64,000 nucleotides of DNA from an uncultured Planctomycetaceae bacterium. GTDB taxonomy: Bacteria; Planctomycetota; Phycisphaerae; SM23-33. This document shows positions 1 to 9,442 of this stretch, piece by piece. Where the stretch lies: assembly GCA_964427875.1 (NCBI GenBank), contig CAYRVX010000021.1:629-64628 (forward strand), written 5' to 3'. Numbering within the stretch: the first letter of the stretch is position 1; each line of letters opens with the position of its first letter. A model generated the notes under the pieces. It was not told the origin of the DNA. It saw nothing but the letters and a program-made list of their open reading frames with translations, and did no database searches. Made by a program: the position numbers and the translations under genes.

Positions 1-1255
1 TCTTGATCAGTTCCGTACGCGCCGGCGCCGTCATCTCATGGACGGCGTCCCACATGGCCTCCTGGGCCTCGGACCACTGCCGGTCGCGGCGTGCCATGGC
101 CGTCCGGGCCGTCTCGTAGAGCTGGCCCTTACCGAACCCCTTCGTCACCACGCCCTTGAGGAACCACGCGAAGGACGGGATGAACTTCGGCAGCGGCGCG
201 CCCGTCGCCACGACCAGCGCCATCGCCCCGACGTACGAGCCGGTGTTCAGCCACGTGCCGATCGACGTCTTGACGTGATCGCCGATCAGCGAGCCGACCT
301 TCGTCGAGTGCGTGTCGATCGCCCGCCGCGACCCCAGCATGACCGAGACGCTGGAGTAGTCGTTCTTGAGGTCGCTGTTCGTCGTCAGCGCGCCGAGGTT
401 GACCCACTCGCCGACGTACGCGTGGCCGATGAAGCCGTCGTGATACTTGTTGGTGTAGCCCTGGATGATCGACTCCTCCACCTCCCCGCCGATCCGGCAC
501 ACCGGGCCGATCGAGTTGCCCTCGCGGCACTTCGCGCCCAGCAGCACCGTTTCGGGGCCGATGTAGCACGGACCCTCGATCCGCGTGAACGGGTGGACCT
601 TCGCGCCTCGGTCGATGTAGACCGGCCCGTGCTCGGCGTCGATGACGACCATGGGATGCACCAGGGCACCGGGGCCCACGTACACGTCGGCTTGGCCCCC
701 GCGGATGGCGCCGGGCTCCTCCACGGCCCCCTCGATGCCCGACTGCCCGGCCGCGGCGAAGTCCGCCGTGATCTCCTCGCCGTTGGCCAGCACCAGGTCC
801 CAGATGTACTGCCACGTGGGCAGCGACCTCGAGACGTTGGGCAGCTTCGCTCTGGCGGCGGCCATCAGTTCCGCGATGTCCCCCGTGGGCAGGCCGTCCA
901 GCTCGCCGCGGGCGATCCGGGCGTAGAGCACATTGCCCTCGGCATCGAGGCCGACCTCGCCAGGCCCCGCGGGCGGCACGTCGAAGCCGCCGGCCTTGAT
1001 CCGAGGGTCGACGATCAGCAGGTCGTCGCCGGCCAGGACCGACGCGTCGTTCACCGGCCGGTCCGTCGTCTCGCGGTACGCCTCGGCCATGTAGTCCGGC
1101 ACGAAGTATGCCACGTGCTCCGCCTGCACCTTCGCGAGGAGCTTCTCGCCCAGCGACCGGAAGCCGCAGCGAAGCTCCCAGATCGGCCGGCTCAGCGACA
1201 CCGGATAGAAGTTGCTGCGCACTGCCTCGGCACGGTCCAACAGAATCAGACGCAT
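1..1255 (-). CDS. Putative sugar nucleotidyltransferase-like protein with hexapeptide-repeat (GlmU-like) domain; 3' end runs off the window
   Basis: Not in the ORF track because there is no stop in the window. Manual translation from ATG at 1255: MRLILLDRAEAVRSNFYPVSLSRPIWELRCGF..., later GYTNKYHDGFIGHAYVGEWVNLGALTTNSDLKN, typical of the PVC/Bacteroidota GlmU-like family. Confidence 0.8.
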   Translation of the reverse strand, partial: MRLILLDRAEAVRSNFYPVSLSRPIWELRCGFRSLGEKLLAKVQAEHVAYFVPDYMAEAYRETTDRPVNDASVLAGDDLLIVDPRIKAGGFDVPPAGPGEVGLDAEGNVLYARIARGELDGLPTGDIAELMAAARAKLPNVSRSLPTWQYIWDLVLANGEEITADFAAAGQSGIEGAVEEPGAIRGGQADVYVGPGALVHPMVVIDAEHGPVYIDRGAKVHPFTRIEGPCYIGPETVLLGAKCREGNSIGPVCRIGGEVEESIIQGYTNKYHDGFIGHAYVGEWVNLGALTTNSDLKNDYSSVSVMLGSRRAIDTHSTKVGSLIGDHVKTSIGTWLNTGSYVGAMALVVATGAPLPKFIPSFAWFLKGVVTKGFGKGQLYETARTAMARRDRQWSEAQEAMWDAVHEMTAPARTELIK

Positions 1256-1448
1256 AACGCGAACCTCGTTCGTCGAACATGGTGGGCCACCTGCGTGCTT
1301 CCCTGCCGGATACGGCGGGATGCCCGCGCAGGCGATCGCGCAACTCCACTCGCCGGGCCCGAATCCGCCCGGCATTTCGCGAGCCGGCATTTTGACAGAA
1401 TTCCCCCCGGCGTGTCAACGATCAATCACGCAGTCCGAAAAGCGGGAG

Positions 1449-1474
1449 AGCCCAGCCATTGCAATGGCTGGGCT
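1449..1474. repeat. Perfect 26-bp palindrome (terminator or REP-like)
   Basis: AGCCCAGCCATTGCAATGGCTGGGCT equals its own reverse complement; 33 bp downstream of the amidohydrolase stop at 1508. Confidence 0.7.
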
Positions 1475-1507
1475 TCGGGACTCAGGCGCTCGGGCCCGCG
1501 GAGTGCC

Positions 1508-2311
1508 TCAGCACCCCGCCGGAAACACTTCGTCCGCCGTGCCCGACATGATCCGCTCCGTCGCCGCCTCATCCACGCGGAGCTTCTCGAAGATCGCCAG
1601 GTCGATCTCTATGTGCTCGGTCTGCTTGGCCAGACCGCCGGGCACGCGGCTGTCGGTGCCGAACATCAGGCGATCCGGCCCGCAGAAGCTGACGGCGTTG
1701 GCCAGGGCCTGCTCGCGGATGTGGGGCGGCGTGCCGCGAGTCAGGTCCACGTAGCTCTGCCAGCCGCTCCTGTCGTAGCCCACCGCCGCACGCATCCTGC
1801 CCATGACGGCCAGGCACTCCTCGCACCACGGCCAGGAAATGTGCGCCATCGCGAAGCGGATGTCGGGGTAGTGAAGCAGCTTCTCCAGCCACAGCGGCCG
1901 GCAGAACCGCGAGCCGTCCTCGTTGCCGTAGAGGATGCCCGTGTGGAACAGGATGCTCGCCCGCAGGTCGTGCATCGTCTTCCAGAACGGCTCGAGGCGC
2001 TCCTCGTAGGCGTACCAGTGGTCGGGTATGATCTTGATGCCGACGAAGCCCATCTCCTCCAGGGCCTCGCGCGCCAGGTCGCGGACGTGCGGTAGGGTCG
2101 GCTCGACCCACGCTAGGCCGCTGATGCGGTCCGGCGCCGCGTCGAAGAGCCTCTTCGTCACCAGCAGCTTCTGGCGCGTCGTCTCGAGCGAGGCCCGCTC
2201 CTGCGGCGAGCAGACGAGGATGCGATCGACGCCGTTGGCGTCCATGTCCCGCAGCACCTCGGCCGCATCGGCCTCGCCCCGCTGATGAACGTGACAATCG
2301 ACGATTCGCAT
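1508..2311 (-). CDS. Amidohydrolase family protein (Amidohydro_2)
   Basis: MRIVDCHVH (HxH metal motif), GFVGIKI, ILFHTG, AHISWPW, LMFGTD. Confidence 0.85.
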   Translation of the reverse strand: MRIVDCHVHQRGEADAAEVLRDMDANGVDRILVCSPQERASLETTRQKLLVTKRLFDAAPDRISGLAWVEPTLPHVRDLAREALEEMGFVGIKIIPDHWYAYEERLEPFWKTMHDLRASILFHTGILYGNEDGSRFCRPLWLEKLLHYPDIRFAMAHISWPWCEECLAVMGRMRAAVGYDRSGWQSYVDLTRGTPPHIREQALANAVSFCGPDRLMFGTDSRVPGGLAKQTEHIEIDLAIFEKLRVDEAATERIMSGTADEVFPAGC

Positions 2312-2385
2312 GACTTCGCCTCCCGCTGTGCCACCTCGCCAGCATACCGGCCGGCGGGGCAAAGCCAAGCGCCAAAGCCCCGCAC

Positions 2386-2414
2386 TTGACCGGCGCCGGG
2401 GGCGGCGCTAGGAT
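2386..2414 (+). promoter_or_regulatory. Sigma70-like promoter for the alanine/glycine symporter
   Basis: TTGACC-N17-TAGGAT, 30 bp upstream of ATG 2445. Confidence 0.5.
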
Positions 2415-2444
2415 CGCACCGCAACCGGGCCGCGGGAGAACCCA

Positions 2445-3917
2445 ATGATAGCGCAGACGACCGTGCCACCCGTGGAGGCCGAGTTTGGCTTCCGTGCCGT
2501 TCTCGACTGGCTCCTGGCCGTCAACACGCAGGTCAACGACTTCGTGTGGGGCCCGCCGATGCTCGTGCTGCTGATCGGGGCGGGCATCTACATCAGCATC
2601 CGGACAAAGTTCATCCAGTTCCGCAAGTTCGGCCTGATGAGCCGGGAGACGCTGGGGAAGATCTTTCGCCGCGGCCCGGCGGCCGAGGGCGACGTGACAC
2701 CCTTCCAGGCCATGACGGTGGCCATGGGCGGCACGGTCGGCGTGGGCAACATCGCCGGCGTGGCCACCGCCATCGCCGCCGGCGGGCCGGGCGCTATCTT
2801 CTGGATGCTCGTTTCCGGCCTCGTGGGCATGGCGACGAAGTTCGCCGAGGTCGTCCTCGGCCTGCACTACCGCCGGCGCGAGCCCGGCGGGCCGATGATG
2901 GGCGGGCCGATGACGTACATCACCCGCGGCCTGGGGCGGCGATGGAAGCCGCTGGCCGTCATTTTCTGCATCTTCGGCGCGCTGGCCGGGCTGGGCATCG
3001 GGAACATGACGCAGGCCCACTCCGTGGCCGACGGCGTTCAGCGGCTCCTCCAGCCGGACGCCGCGCCGGGAGAGCTCGAGAGCCTCGGCATCGTGCGATG
3101 GATCGTCGGGGGCGTCCTGATCGTCGCCGTGGGGCTGGTGACCGTCGGCGGCATCAGGCGGATCGCACACGTCGCCATGTTCTGCGTGCCGTTCATGTGC
3201 ACGCTGTACATGATCGCGGCGTTCGTCGTCATCGCGATGTACGCCCCTCAGATCCCCGGGGCGCTGTGGCTCATCCTCAAGCATGCCTTCACCCCGACGG
3301 CGGCCACGGGCGGCTTCGCGGGCGTCGGCGTGATGATGGCCGTGCGATACGGCATCGCCCGCGGCGTATTCAGCAACGAGGCCGGGCTCGGCAGCGCGCC
3401 CATGGCCCACGCCACTGCACAGACCGACCACCCCGCGCGCCAGGGGCTGTGGGGCATCTTCGAGGTCTTCTTCGACACGATCGTCATGTGCTCGGCCACG
3501 GCGCTGGTGATCATCCTGACCGGCGTCTGGACCGGCGGGGAGAAGGGCGCGAACCTGACGATCAGCGCGTTCTGCCAGCCGCTGGGGGACACGTTCGGGT
3601 GTGTGCTCGTGACCTTCTGCATGATCCTGACGGCGTACGATACGATCCTCGCGTGGTGCTTCTACGGCGAGACCTGCTGCTCGTTCATCTTCGGCCACGG
3701 GCACTTGGTCCGCATGACCTACCGCGTGATCTGGCTCCCGTTCATCCTGCTGGGGGCGCTCGGTCGCCTGGAGGCGATCTGGGCGGTCTCCGACACGCTA
3801 AACGGCCTGATGGCCATCCCCAACCTGATCGCCCTGATCGCCCTGGCCGGCGTGGTGGTCCGCCTGACCAAGGGCTTTCTCGCCGGCAAGCCCTACGAGC
3901 CGCCGGGGGATCACTGA
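2445..3917 (+). CDS. Sodium:alanine/glycine symporter (AGCS/AlsT family)
   Basis: TVGVGNIAGVATAIAAGGPGAIFWM, GGPMTYI, RGVFSNEAGLGSAP, NGLMAIPNLIAL. Confidence 0.93.
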   Translation: MIAQTTVPPVEAEFGFRAVLDWLLAVNTQVNDFVWGPPMLVLLIGAGIYISIRTKFIQFRKFGLMSRETLGKIFRRGPAAEGDVTPFQAMTVAMGGTVGVGNIAGVATAIAAGGPGAIFWMLVSGLVGMATKFAEVVLGLHYRRREPGGPMMGGPMTYITRGLGRRWKPLAVIFCIFGALAGLGIGNMTQAHSVADGVQRLLQPDAAPGELESLGIVRWIVGGVLIVAVGLVTVGGIRRIAHVAMFCVPFMCTLYMIAAFVVIAMYAPQIPGALWLILKHAFTPTAATGGFAGVGVMMAVRYGIARGVFSNEAGLGSAPMAHATAQTDHPARQGLWGIFEVFFDTIVMCSATALVIILTGVWTGGEKGANLTISAFCQPLGDTFGCVLVTFCMILTAYDTILAWCFYGETCCSFIFGHGHLVRMTYRVIWLPFILLGALGRLEAIWAVSDTLNGLMAIPNLIALIALAGVVVRLTKGFLAGKPYEPPGDH

Positions 3918-3993
3918 CCCCCGTGCGGCGCCGGCCCATCTTGCTTCCATTGAGCTTGCCCCGACCGTGATCCCGAGCGGCAGGAGGGAGGCG

Positions 3994-4944
3994 TCAGCGC
4001 GCGATGTCATGTCCGGTGACCTGCCCCTTCAGCCACTGGCGTGCCGACTGCTTCCGCCGGAGGGCCCGCGCAAGCGAGTGGCGGAGCCGCTTTGTCCTCT
4101 TCCAACTGTGATCGGGCGCTCCGAGAGGGAAACCACCGAATGCGGCGAGAGGCCCCAGCCTCATCTCGGGAGAGTAGTACCTCGAGGGGATGATTCTCAG
4201 GGCGCACAATTCCGCCAACGGCCTGTCGGGATCGCACTCGGCGAACGGCAAGCCCCACAGGACGGCCATCATCTCACGCAGCATCCCTTCGAGTGGCTCG
4301 TACTCCGCCCTACCGGGCTCGGCGGTCCAGCCCATCACCTCCGCGAGCTTCGGGGCATCGTTGACATCGCCGGCCCCTCCGCCGGCAATGAACACAGCCC
4401 GGCCGATGTCAAGCACCGGGAACTCGGCCACCATCCCCTTGTCTGTGATGTCTCTCTTCGTTATGTGCTCCAGTTCCATGACGACCTCAGCCAGATCGAG
4501 GCCGTCCGCCCTCCTGGAGTACCGTGTGTTCGCCAACTCGCTCTGGCGAAGCAGCGCCGGGCATCTCCAGTCATCTCCATACTCGCAGTCTGCGGGCTTT
4601 CTCGGCCACCAGAAACAGAAGGACCAGCCGCTGCGGTCTGCCTTGATGATCTGCTCGCGGAGATGGTCCTGCACGATCGTGAAGCAGTCGGGGAGCGATT
4701 CGCCCCGGGCGTTTCTTCTTTCGGCGACGGACCTGATTGCTCGGACGACTTCGGTCACCGCTACCGCGCCCGGAGGAACGGTGATTCTCGCCACCAGCGC
4801 GTAGCTTAGCCGCTTGGCCACCCATTGTGCCGCTTGCTGGCTCAACTCCTCTGCGTCGCTCACGCGAGCCTTGCCCATGGGCGGAAGCAGGCCGCCGTAG
4901 GGCACGTCCAGTTGGATCAGTTCCCTGACGAGTTGTTCCAGCAT
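3994..4944 (-). CDS. Hypothetical protein (no recognised family)
   Basis: 316-aa ORF with protein-like composition filling the gap between two genes; no motif recognised. Confidence 0.55.
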   Translation of the reverse strand: MLEQLVRELIQLDVPYGGLLPPMGKARVSDAEELSQQAAQWVAKRLSYALVARITVPPGAVAVTEVVRAIRSVAERRNARGESLPDCFTIVQDHLREQIIKADRSGWSFCFWWPRKPADCEYGDDWRCPALLRQSELANTRYSRRADGLDLAEVVMELEHITKRDITDKGMVAEFPVLDIGRAVFIAGGGAGDVNDAPKLAEVMGWTAEPGRAEYEPLEGMLREMMAVLWGLPFAECDPDRPLAELCALRIIPSRYYSPEMRLGPLAAFGGFPLGAPDHSWKRTKRLRHSLARALRRKQSARQWLKGQVTGHDIAR

Positions 4945-5026
4945 CCCGCTTTGCCCCTTCCGGTGCCCCGCGTCCGTCGCATGGCCACCCCGCGGGCTTC
5001 GGCTATGGACATGCCCGACGGCCGGG

Positions 5027-7276
5027 TCATCTCGATCCCTCGGTCACGTTGATGGTGATAGTGAGCGGCTTGCTCCGGGCGCCGCCGGGCCCATCCGCGA
5101 CAGCGGTTATCTTGTGCGTGCCGATTGACGGCGTCCAGGCGTTGAAGTCGCCGGCGGTGTCGCCGGCGAGGACGTAGGGGGCGGTCCTCTCGTTCCTGCC
5201 GGCCTTGCCGTCCACGGAGAAGCGAACGGCGGTCACGTCGCCCCCGGTGCGGGCAATGACGCTGAGGTTTCGCGTCGGCAGCTTGGCCAGGTCGAGCGTC
5301 GCGCCGTCCTCGAGCGCCTCGTAGCCCTTGATGACCTTGTCGGTGTCGGCGTTGACCAGCGCGAGGGACTTCACGGCCGGCGGCTTGCCCGTTCGGGCGG
5401 GCGCGGCGGCGCGGGGCGGCGGGACCTCGCCGGCCCCGAACGGCGGCGGGTCGGCGTCGGGGCTGACCATCAGCTCGCCCGGCAGCTTAACCAGGGCGAC
5501 CCAGTCCCTGCCCTTCTCGGCCGGGGGCTCGCCGATGGAAGGGCTCCCGGGGCCGGTCACGCTCGCGACCGATCCATCCAGCAGGCCGCCTCCGGTTCGC
5601 GGGTTGTACCACTTCACGACGAACTTGCCCTTCGGCAACTTCAGCGTCGTCGGGCCGCCGGCGGGCAGGTAGATCGCGTAGACCTTGCCCTCGGCGTAGA
5701 AGCAGTAGTCATCGCCGGCCGAGGTCAGGTTGTCGCCGTGGCGCATCGCCCAGAACGGCAGGTGCCTCTGGAAGAACTCGATCGCGTGACGCGTCTGGTC
5801 CCACATCTTGGAGCGGCTGCGCCAGTCCTCGCAGTTCAGGTCGTTGTGTGCGTACTTGTATCCGAAGTACCACTCGCAGCCGGCCCCGCCGGCCATCAGG
5901 TTGCCCCACAGGGCGTGGCGGCGAACGCCGTCGTGGCCGGGGTCGTCCTTGTCGGGCTTGACGCCGGTGTGTGCCGGGCCGATCTCATCGAGGCTGACGA
6001 ACCACCGCCGGCCGCTGTTGGCCGAGCGGACGACCCACTTGATCGTCTCGGCGTGCGTGCCGCGCATGTTGCCCATCTGGAGGCTCGGGCCCTCGAAGTC
6101 CTCAAAGCCCAGCAGCGGCGTGTACACCTTGTCGTACCGCCCCGGGAACGTGTGCACGACGACCGGATGGTCGTACGGGTCCAGCCTGTGGATCCAGGCG
6201 GCGAAGGCCTTCCGCTGGGCGTCGGTGTTGGTGTTCTCCTCGCCGAGGTTCCACGTGATCGCAAGGTGGTGGGCGAAGCGGGCGATCAGCTCGCGGTAGT
6301 AGAGCTTGCGCTGCGGGCCGAGCGCGCCGCCGTCGAGCCCCTGATCGTTCTCCGTCTCCTGCGTGATCACGTGCAGCATCAGCCCGAGGCGATCCATGTG
6401 CGAGAAGACGATCTCCCACTGGTCGAGCTTGGAGCAGTCGAAGCGGAATCGCTCCTTGGGCGAGGTCCACGGCCAGGTGTCCTTGCCGTCGCCGCCGTCG
6501 ATGTTGTAGGGGATGAAGTACACGCTGTTCATGCCCACAGAGGCGAGGTAGTTCATGGCCCCGATCAGTCCCCTGCCCTTTCCGCCTCGCCACTGGGGGT
6601 CGCCCGGCCGCCAGTCCTTCACGTGCGGGGCGTACTTGTGGAGGCGCCCGCCGGCGGCCTCGCCCCGCCTCTTGCCTTTGCCCGTGTCGAACGTGCCGTC
6701 GAAGTCGGCGTAGCCGAGCAGGTTCTCGGGGCTGTCGGCCCCGCCCTTGATGAAGTACTCGGCGCTGCCGGCGAACCGCAGGTAGTGCTTGCCGACGTAG
6801 CGCAGGAGGCCCTTGCCGCGGAAGTCCCTTCCCTTCTTGTCCGTCGGGCCGATATCGAGCTCGCCGGATGCACCGTCGAACGCGGCGGGCTTGCCCGCGC
6901 CCGCGCCGGGAGCGGTCGCCACGCCCGCTCCCGTTCGGAACGAAGCGGCGTAGCTCCACCGACCGGCAGAGTCCGGCACGAAGTGCACTCGCCACTTGCC
7001 GCCCTTGTCCCCCCCGGTGAAGCCCGCCCGGCCATCCGCGGCGTAATAGCCCTGCACCGCGATGCGCCGCAGGCCCTGGCTGAACGTCACGGTCAGCCGG
7101 TAGTCCGTGAACGGGTTCGGCGCGGCGTCTTCGCTCGTCTCAGGCCCGTCGAACGTGATCGTCACGTTGTGCCACTTCTTCAGCTCGCCCGTGACAGTCG
7201 GCTTTTCGGCACCGAAGGCCGCCCCGGATGCCACCGCGACAGCCACTCCAAGACCTATCCACCTGCTGCATTGCAT
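5027..7276 (-). CDS. Secreted DUF5060-domain putative glycoside hydrolase with C-terminal collagen-binding-like and Ig-like modules
   Basis: Signal peptide (MQCSRWIGLGVAVAVASGAAFGA), ELKKWHNVTITFDGP...NPFTDYRLTVTF, GADSPEN, WNLGEEN, VKWYNPRTGG, Pro/Ala linker and ERTAPYVLAGD module. Confidence 0.75.
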   Translation of the reverse strand: MQCSRWIGLGVAVAVASGAAFGAEKPTVTGELKKWHNVTITFDGPETSEDAAPNPFTDYRLTVTFSQGLRRIAVQGYYAADGRAGFTGGDKGGKWRVHFVPDSAGRWSYAASFRTGAGVATAPGAGAGKPAAFDGASGELDIGPTDKKGRDFRGKGLLRYVGKHYLRFAGSAEYFIKGGADSPENLLGYADFDGTFDTGKGKRRGEAAGGRLHKYAPHVKDWRPGDPQWRGGKGRGLIGAMNYLASVGMNSVYFIPYNIDGGDGKDTWPWTSPKERFRFDCSKLDQWEIVFSHMDRLGLMLHVITQETENDQGLDGGALGPQRKLYYRELIARFAHHLAITWNLGEENTNTDAQRKAFAAWIHRLDPYDHPVVVHTFPGRYDKVYTPLLGFEDFEGPSLQMGNMRGTHAETIKWVVRSANSGRRWFVSLDEIGPAHTGVKPDKDDPGHDGVRRHALWGNLMAGGAGCEWYFGYKYAHNDLNCEDWRSRSKMWDQTRHAIEFFQRHLPFWAMRHGDNLTSAGDDYCFYAEGKVYAIYLPAGGPTTLKLPKGKFVVKWYNPRTGGGLLDGSVASVTGPGSPSIGEPPAEKGRDWVALVKLPGELMVSPDADPPPFGAGEVPPPRAAAPARTGKPPAVKSLALVNADTDKVIKGYEALEDGATLDLAKLPTRNLSVIARTGGDVTAVRFSVDGKAGRNERTAPYVLAGDTAGDFNAWTPSIGTHKITAVADGPGGARSKPLTITINVTEGSR

Positions 7277-7329
7277 TTGGATTCTCCAGCATGACCAAGA
7301 CGGCGTCGTTCTGCGTACGCGGCAAACAG

Positions 7330-7438
7330 CACGGCGGCGACACGCCGCCGCTCCGCCCGAATGCACACAGGGCATCGAGTGTCAGCCCAACGGCGCACTC
7401 TCGCGAACGCGAGGGAGCCGCGGCGTGTCGCCGCGGTG
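7330..7438. repeat. REP-like inverted doublet (BIME-like)
   Basis: CACGGCGGCGACACGCCGCCGCTCC (7330-7354) and GGAGCCGCGGCGTGTCGCCGCGGTG (7414-7438) are near reverse complements; each is itself a hairpin with a GGAG foot. Confidence 0.7.
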
Positions 7439-7453
7439 CCGTTTCTTTCCGCC

Positions 7454-9340
7454 CTATTCCAGCTCCGGCTTCACGTCCACCCAGCCGCCGGCGTTGTCGT
7501 AGGCCGAGCGGTACATCGCATCGAGGATGGCCTGCGTTCGCCGCCCGTCTCGCCCGGTGCAGGTCAGCTCCGCCCCGCTGCGGACGGCCGCGGCGAAGTT
7601 GTCCACGGCGTTGAGCCACTCGGCCTCGACCCTCTCCGGCGGACCGTCCCGCCACGCCCCGTCGAGGTAGTACCGGCAGACGGGCTCGCCGACCGGGCCG
7701 CCCTCGGCCTGGTAGTACGCGCCCTGCGTGCCCACCAGCTCCCAGTGCACGTACCACGTCGGCTGCGGGTAGCACGTCGTGCCGTGGAAGGTCATGACCG
7801 GGCCGTCGTCGTACACCCAGACGGCCAGGCCGAGGTCCTCCGCCTCGATATCGTGGTCCTGCGTCCAGATGCTGCATCGCACCCTCGCCGGGACGCCCAC
7901 GCAGAAGGCGATCTCGTCTATGTGATGGATCGACTGGTTGCTCAGCACGCCGCCGCCGTCGAGCTTCCGCGTGCCTCGCCAGCCGCCATTCTCCCGGAAG
8001 TACTCCATCGTCCGCAGGACCTTGAGCGAGCAGTTGCCGCTGAGCAGCCGGCCGAGCCGCCTGCCGGCCACCGCCGCCTTCAGCGACAGCATCGCCGTCG
8101 TGTACCGCCGCCCGAAGTCCACCCCCAGCAGCAGGCCCTTCTCCTCGGCCAGCCGGATCATCTCGTCGCAGGCGTCCAGCGACGCCTCCATCGGCTTGGT
8201 GGTCAGCACGTGCCTGCCCGCCCTCAGGGCCTCCAGGGCCACCGCCGCGTGGTTGCCCGTCTCCGTAAGGACGTAGACGGCCTCGACCTCGTCGCTGTCC
8301 AGCCACGGCCTCAGATCGCTCGTATAGGGGACGTCGTATTCTTCCCCCGTCCGCCTGGCCCGCTCGGGGTTGATGTCGCACACGCCGACCAGCCGCGTAC
8401 CGGGGTTCTCCGCGACGTTTCGGCTGCGGCTGTGGCCCATGCCCAGGCCGACGACCACGAAGCCCACCGGGTCGTCGGCCCAGGGGCGCTCGATCCCCTC
8501 GGCCGACTTGCGCTCATCGAACAGCCCCCCGGGCGCGGCGCTCGGCCAGGCCCGCCGGACCACCTCCACGACCCGGCGGGACATCTCGGCGTTCGAGACC
8601 GAGCGGTCAGGGTTGTGCGTCTCGACGCTGACCGGCCCGGGCACCCCCGCGTTGTGGCAGGCCTCCAGCACGTCGCGGTAGGGGATCGTCTCGTCCGACA
8701 GCCCCTCGACCGCGCCGCGGGCCTTGACGTGCAGGAGCTTCGTCCGCTGGGCCATGCGGAGCAGGAACGCTCGCGGGTCCTTTCGCCGCTCGTCACAGTC
8801 CCAGCCGTTGTGGACGTCCCACGCCAGGCCCCAGTTCGCCACGCCGAGCGCATCGACGACCGTGAAGACCTCGTCGGGCGTGACGCCGCAGTTCTCGAAG
8901 GCCAGGACCAGCCCGGCGGCCTTCGCCCGCTCGGCCAGCGGGGCGAACAGGTCCAGGACCTTCTGCTGCTCGTCCGGCCGGACGGCCAGCTCGCCCGCCA
9001 GCTCCTTCGGCGGCTGCCAGTAGAAGAACGCCCGCACGAGGCGGCAGTCGAGGGCGTCGGCGGCGCGGAGGATGCCCTCGAGCTTCTCGGCCTCCGCCTT
9101 CCGGCGGTCCGCGTCCGGCAGGTGGACCTTGGCCAGCGAAGACTGGAGGCAGCCGATCTTCATCCCGTGATCGTCGATGAGCTTTCGCAGCTCGCCCAGC
9201 CGCTCGGCCGGCAGCGCCTCGGCAGCGCAGCCGAAGACCCGCCCGCGCAGGTCCACGTGGTCCAGGCCCCAGCCCTTGATGACGCCGAGGGCCTCCGTGA
9301 CGTCCATCGCCAACTCGTCGCTGAAGATCGACAGAAACAT
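7454..9340 (-). CDS. Fusion: sugar-phosphate isomerase/epimerase TIM barrel (AP_endonuc_2) + Gfo/Idh/MocA oxidoreductase
   Basis: N-half: SIFSDE, LAFENC, AWDVHN, LHVKA, SVETH. C-half: VVVGLGMG, GRHVLTTKPM, WRGTRKLDGGGVLSNQSIHHID. Confidence 0.85.
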   Translation of the reverse strand: MFLSIFSDELAMDVTEALGVIKGWGLDHVDLRGRVFGCAAEALPAERLGELRKLIDDHGMKIGCLQSSLAKVHLPDADRRKAEAEKLEGILRAADALDCRLVRAFFYWQPPKELAGELAVRPDEQQKVLDLFAPLAERAKAAGLVLAFENCGVTPDEVFTVVDALGVANWGLAWDVHNGWDCDERRKDPRAFLLRMAQRTKLLHVKARGAVEGLSDETIPYRDVLEACHNAGVPGPVSVETHNPDRSVSNAEMSRRVVEVVRRAWPSAAPGGLFDERKSAEGIERPWADDPVGFVVVGLGMGHSRSRNVAENPGTRLVGVCDINPERARRTGEEYDVPYTSDLRPWLDSDEVEAVYVLTETGNHAAVALEALRAGRHVLTTKPMEASLDACDEMIRLAEEKGLLLGVDFGRRYTTAMLSLKAAVAGRRLGRLLSGNCSLKVLRTMEYFRENGGWRGTRKLDGGGVLSNQSIHHIDEIAFCVGVPARVRCSIWTQDHDIEAEDLGLAVWVYDDGPVMTFHGTTCYPQPTWYVHWELVGTQGAYYQAEGGPVGEPVCRYYLDGAWRDGPPERVEAEWLNAVDNFAAAVRSGAELTCTGRDGRRTQAILDAMYRSAYDNAGGWVDVKPELE

Positions 9341-9442
9341 GGGTTCTCCTCTGATCCGCACTGATGAGTGAACGAGAAGATATGCGATCGGGCCCCGGCC
9401 TTCAACAGGCCGCATCCGCCGCGCCGCGACGGGCAATACCCT

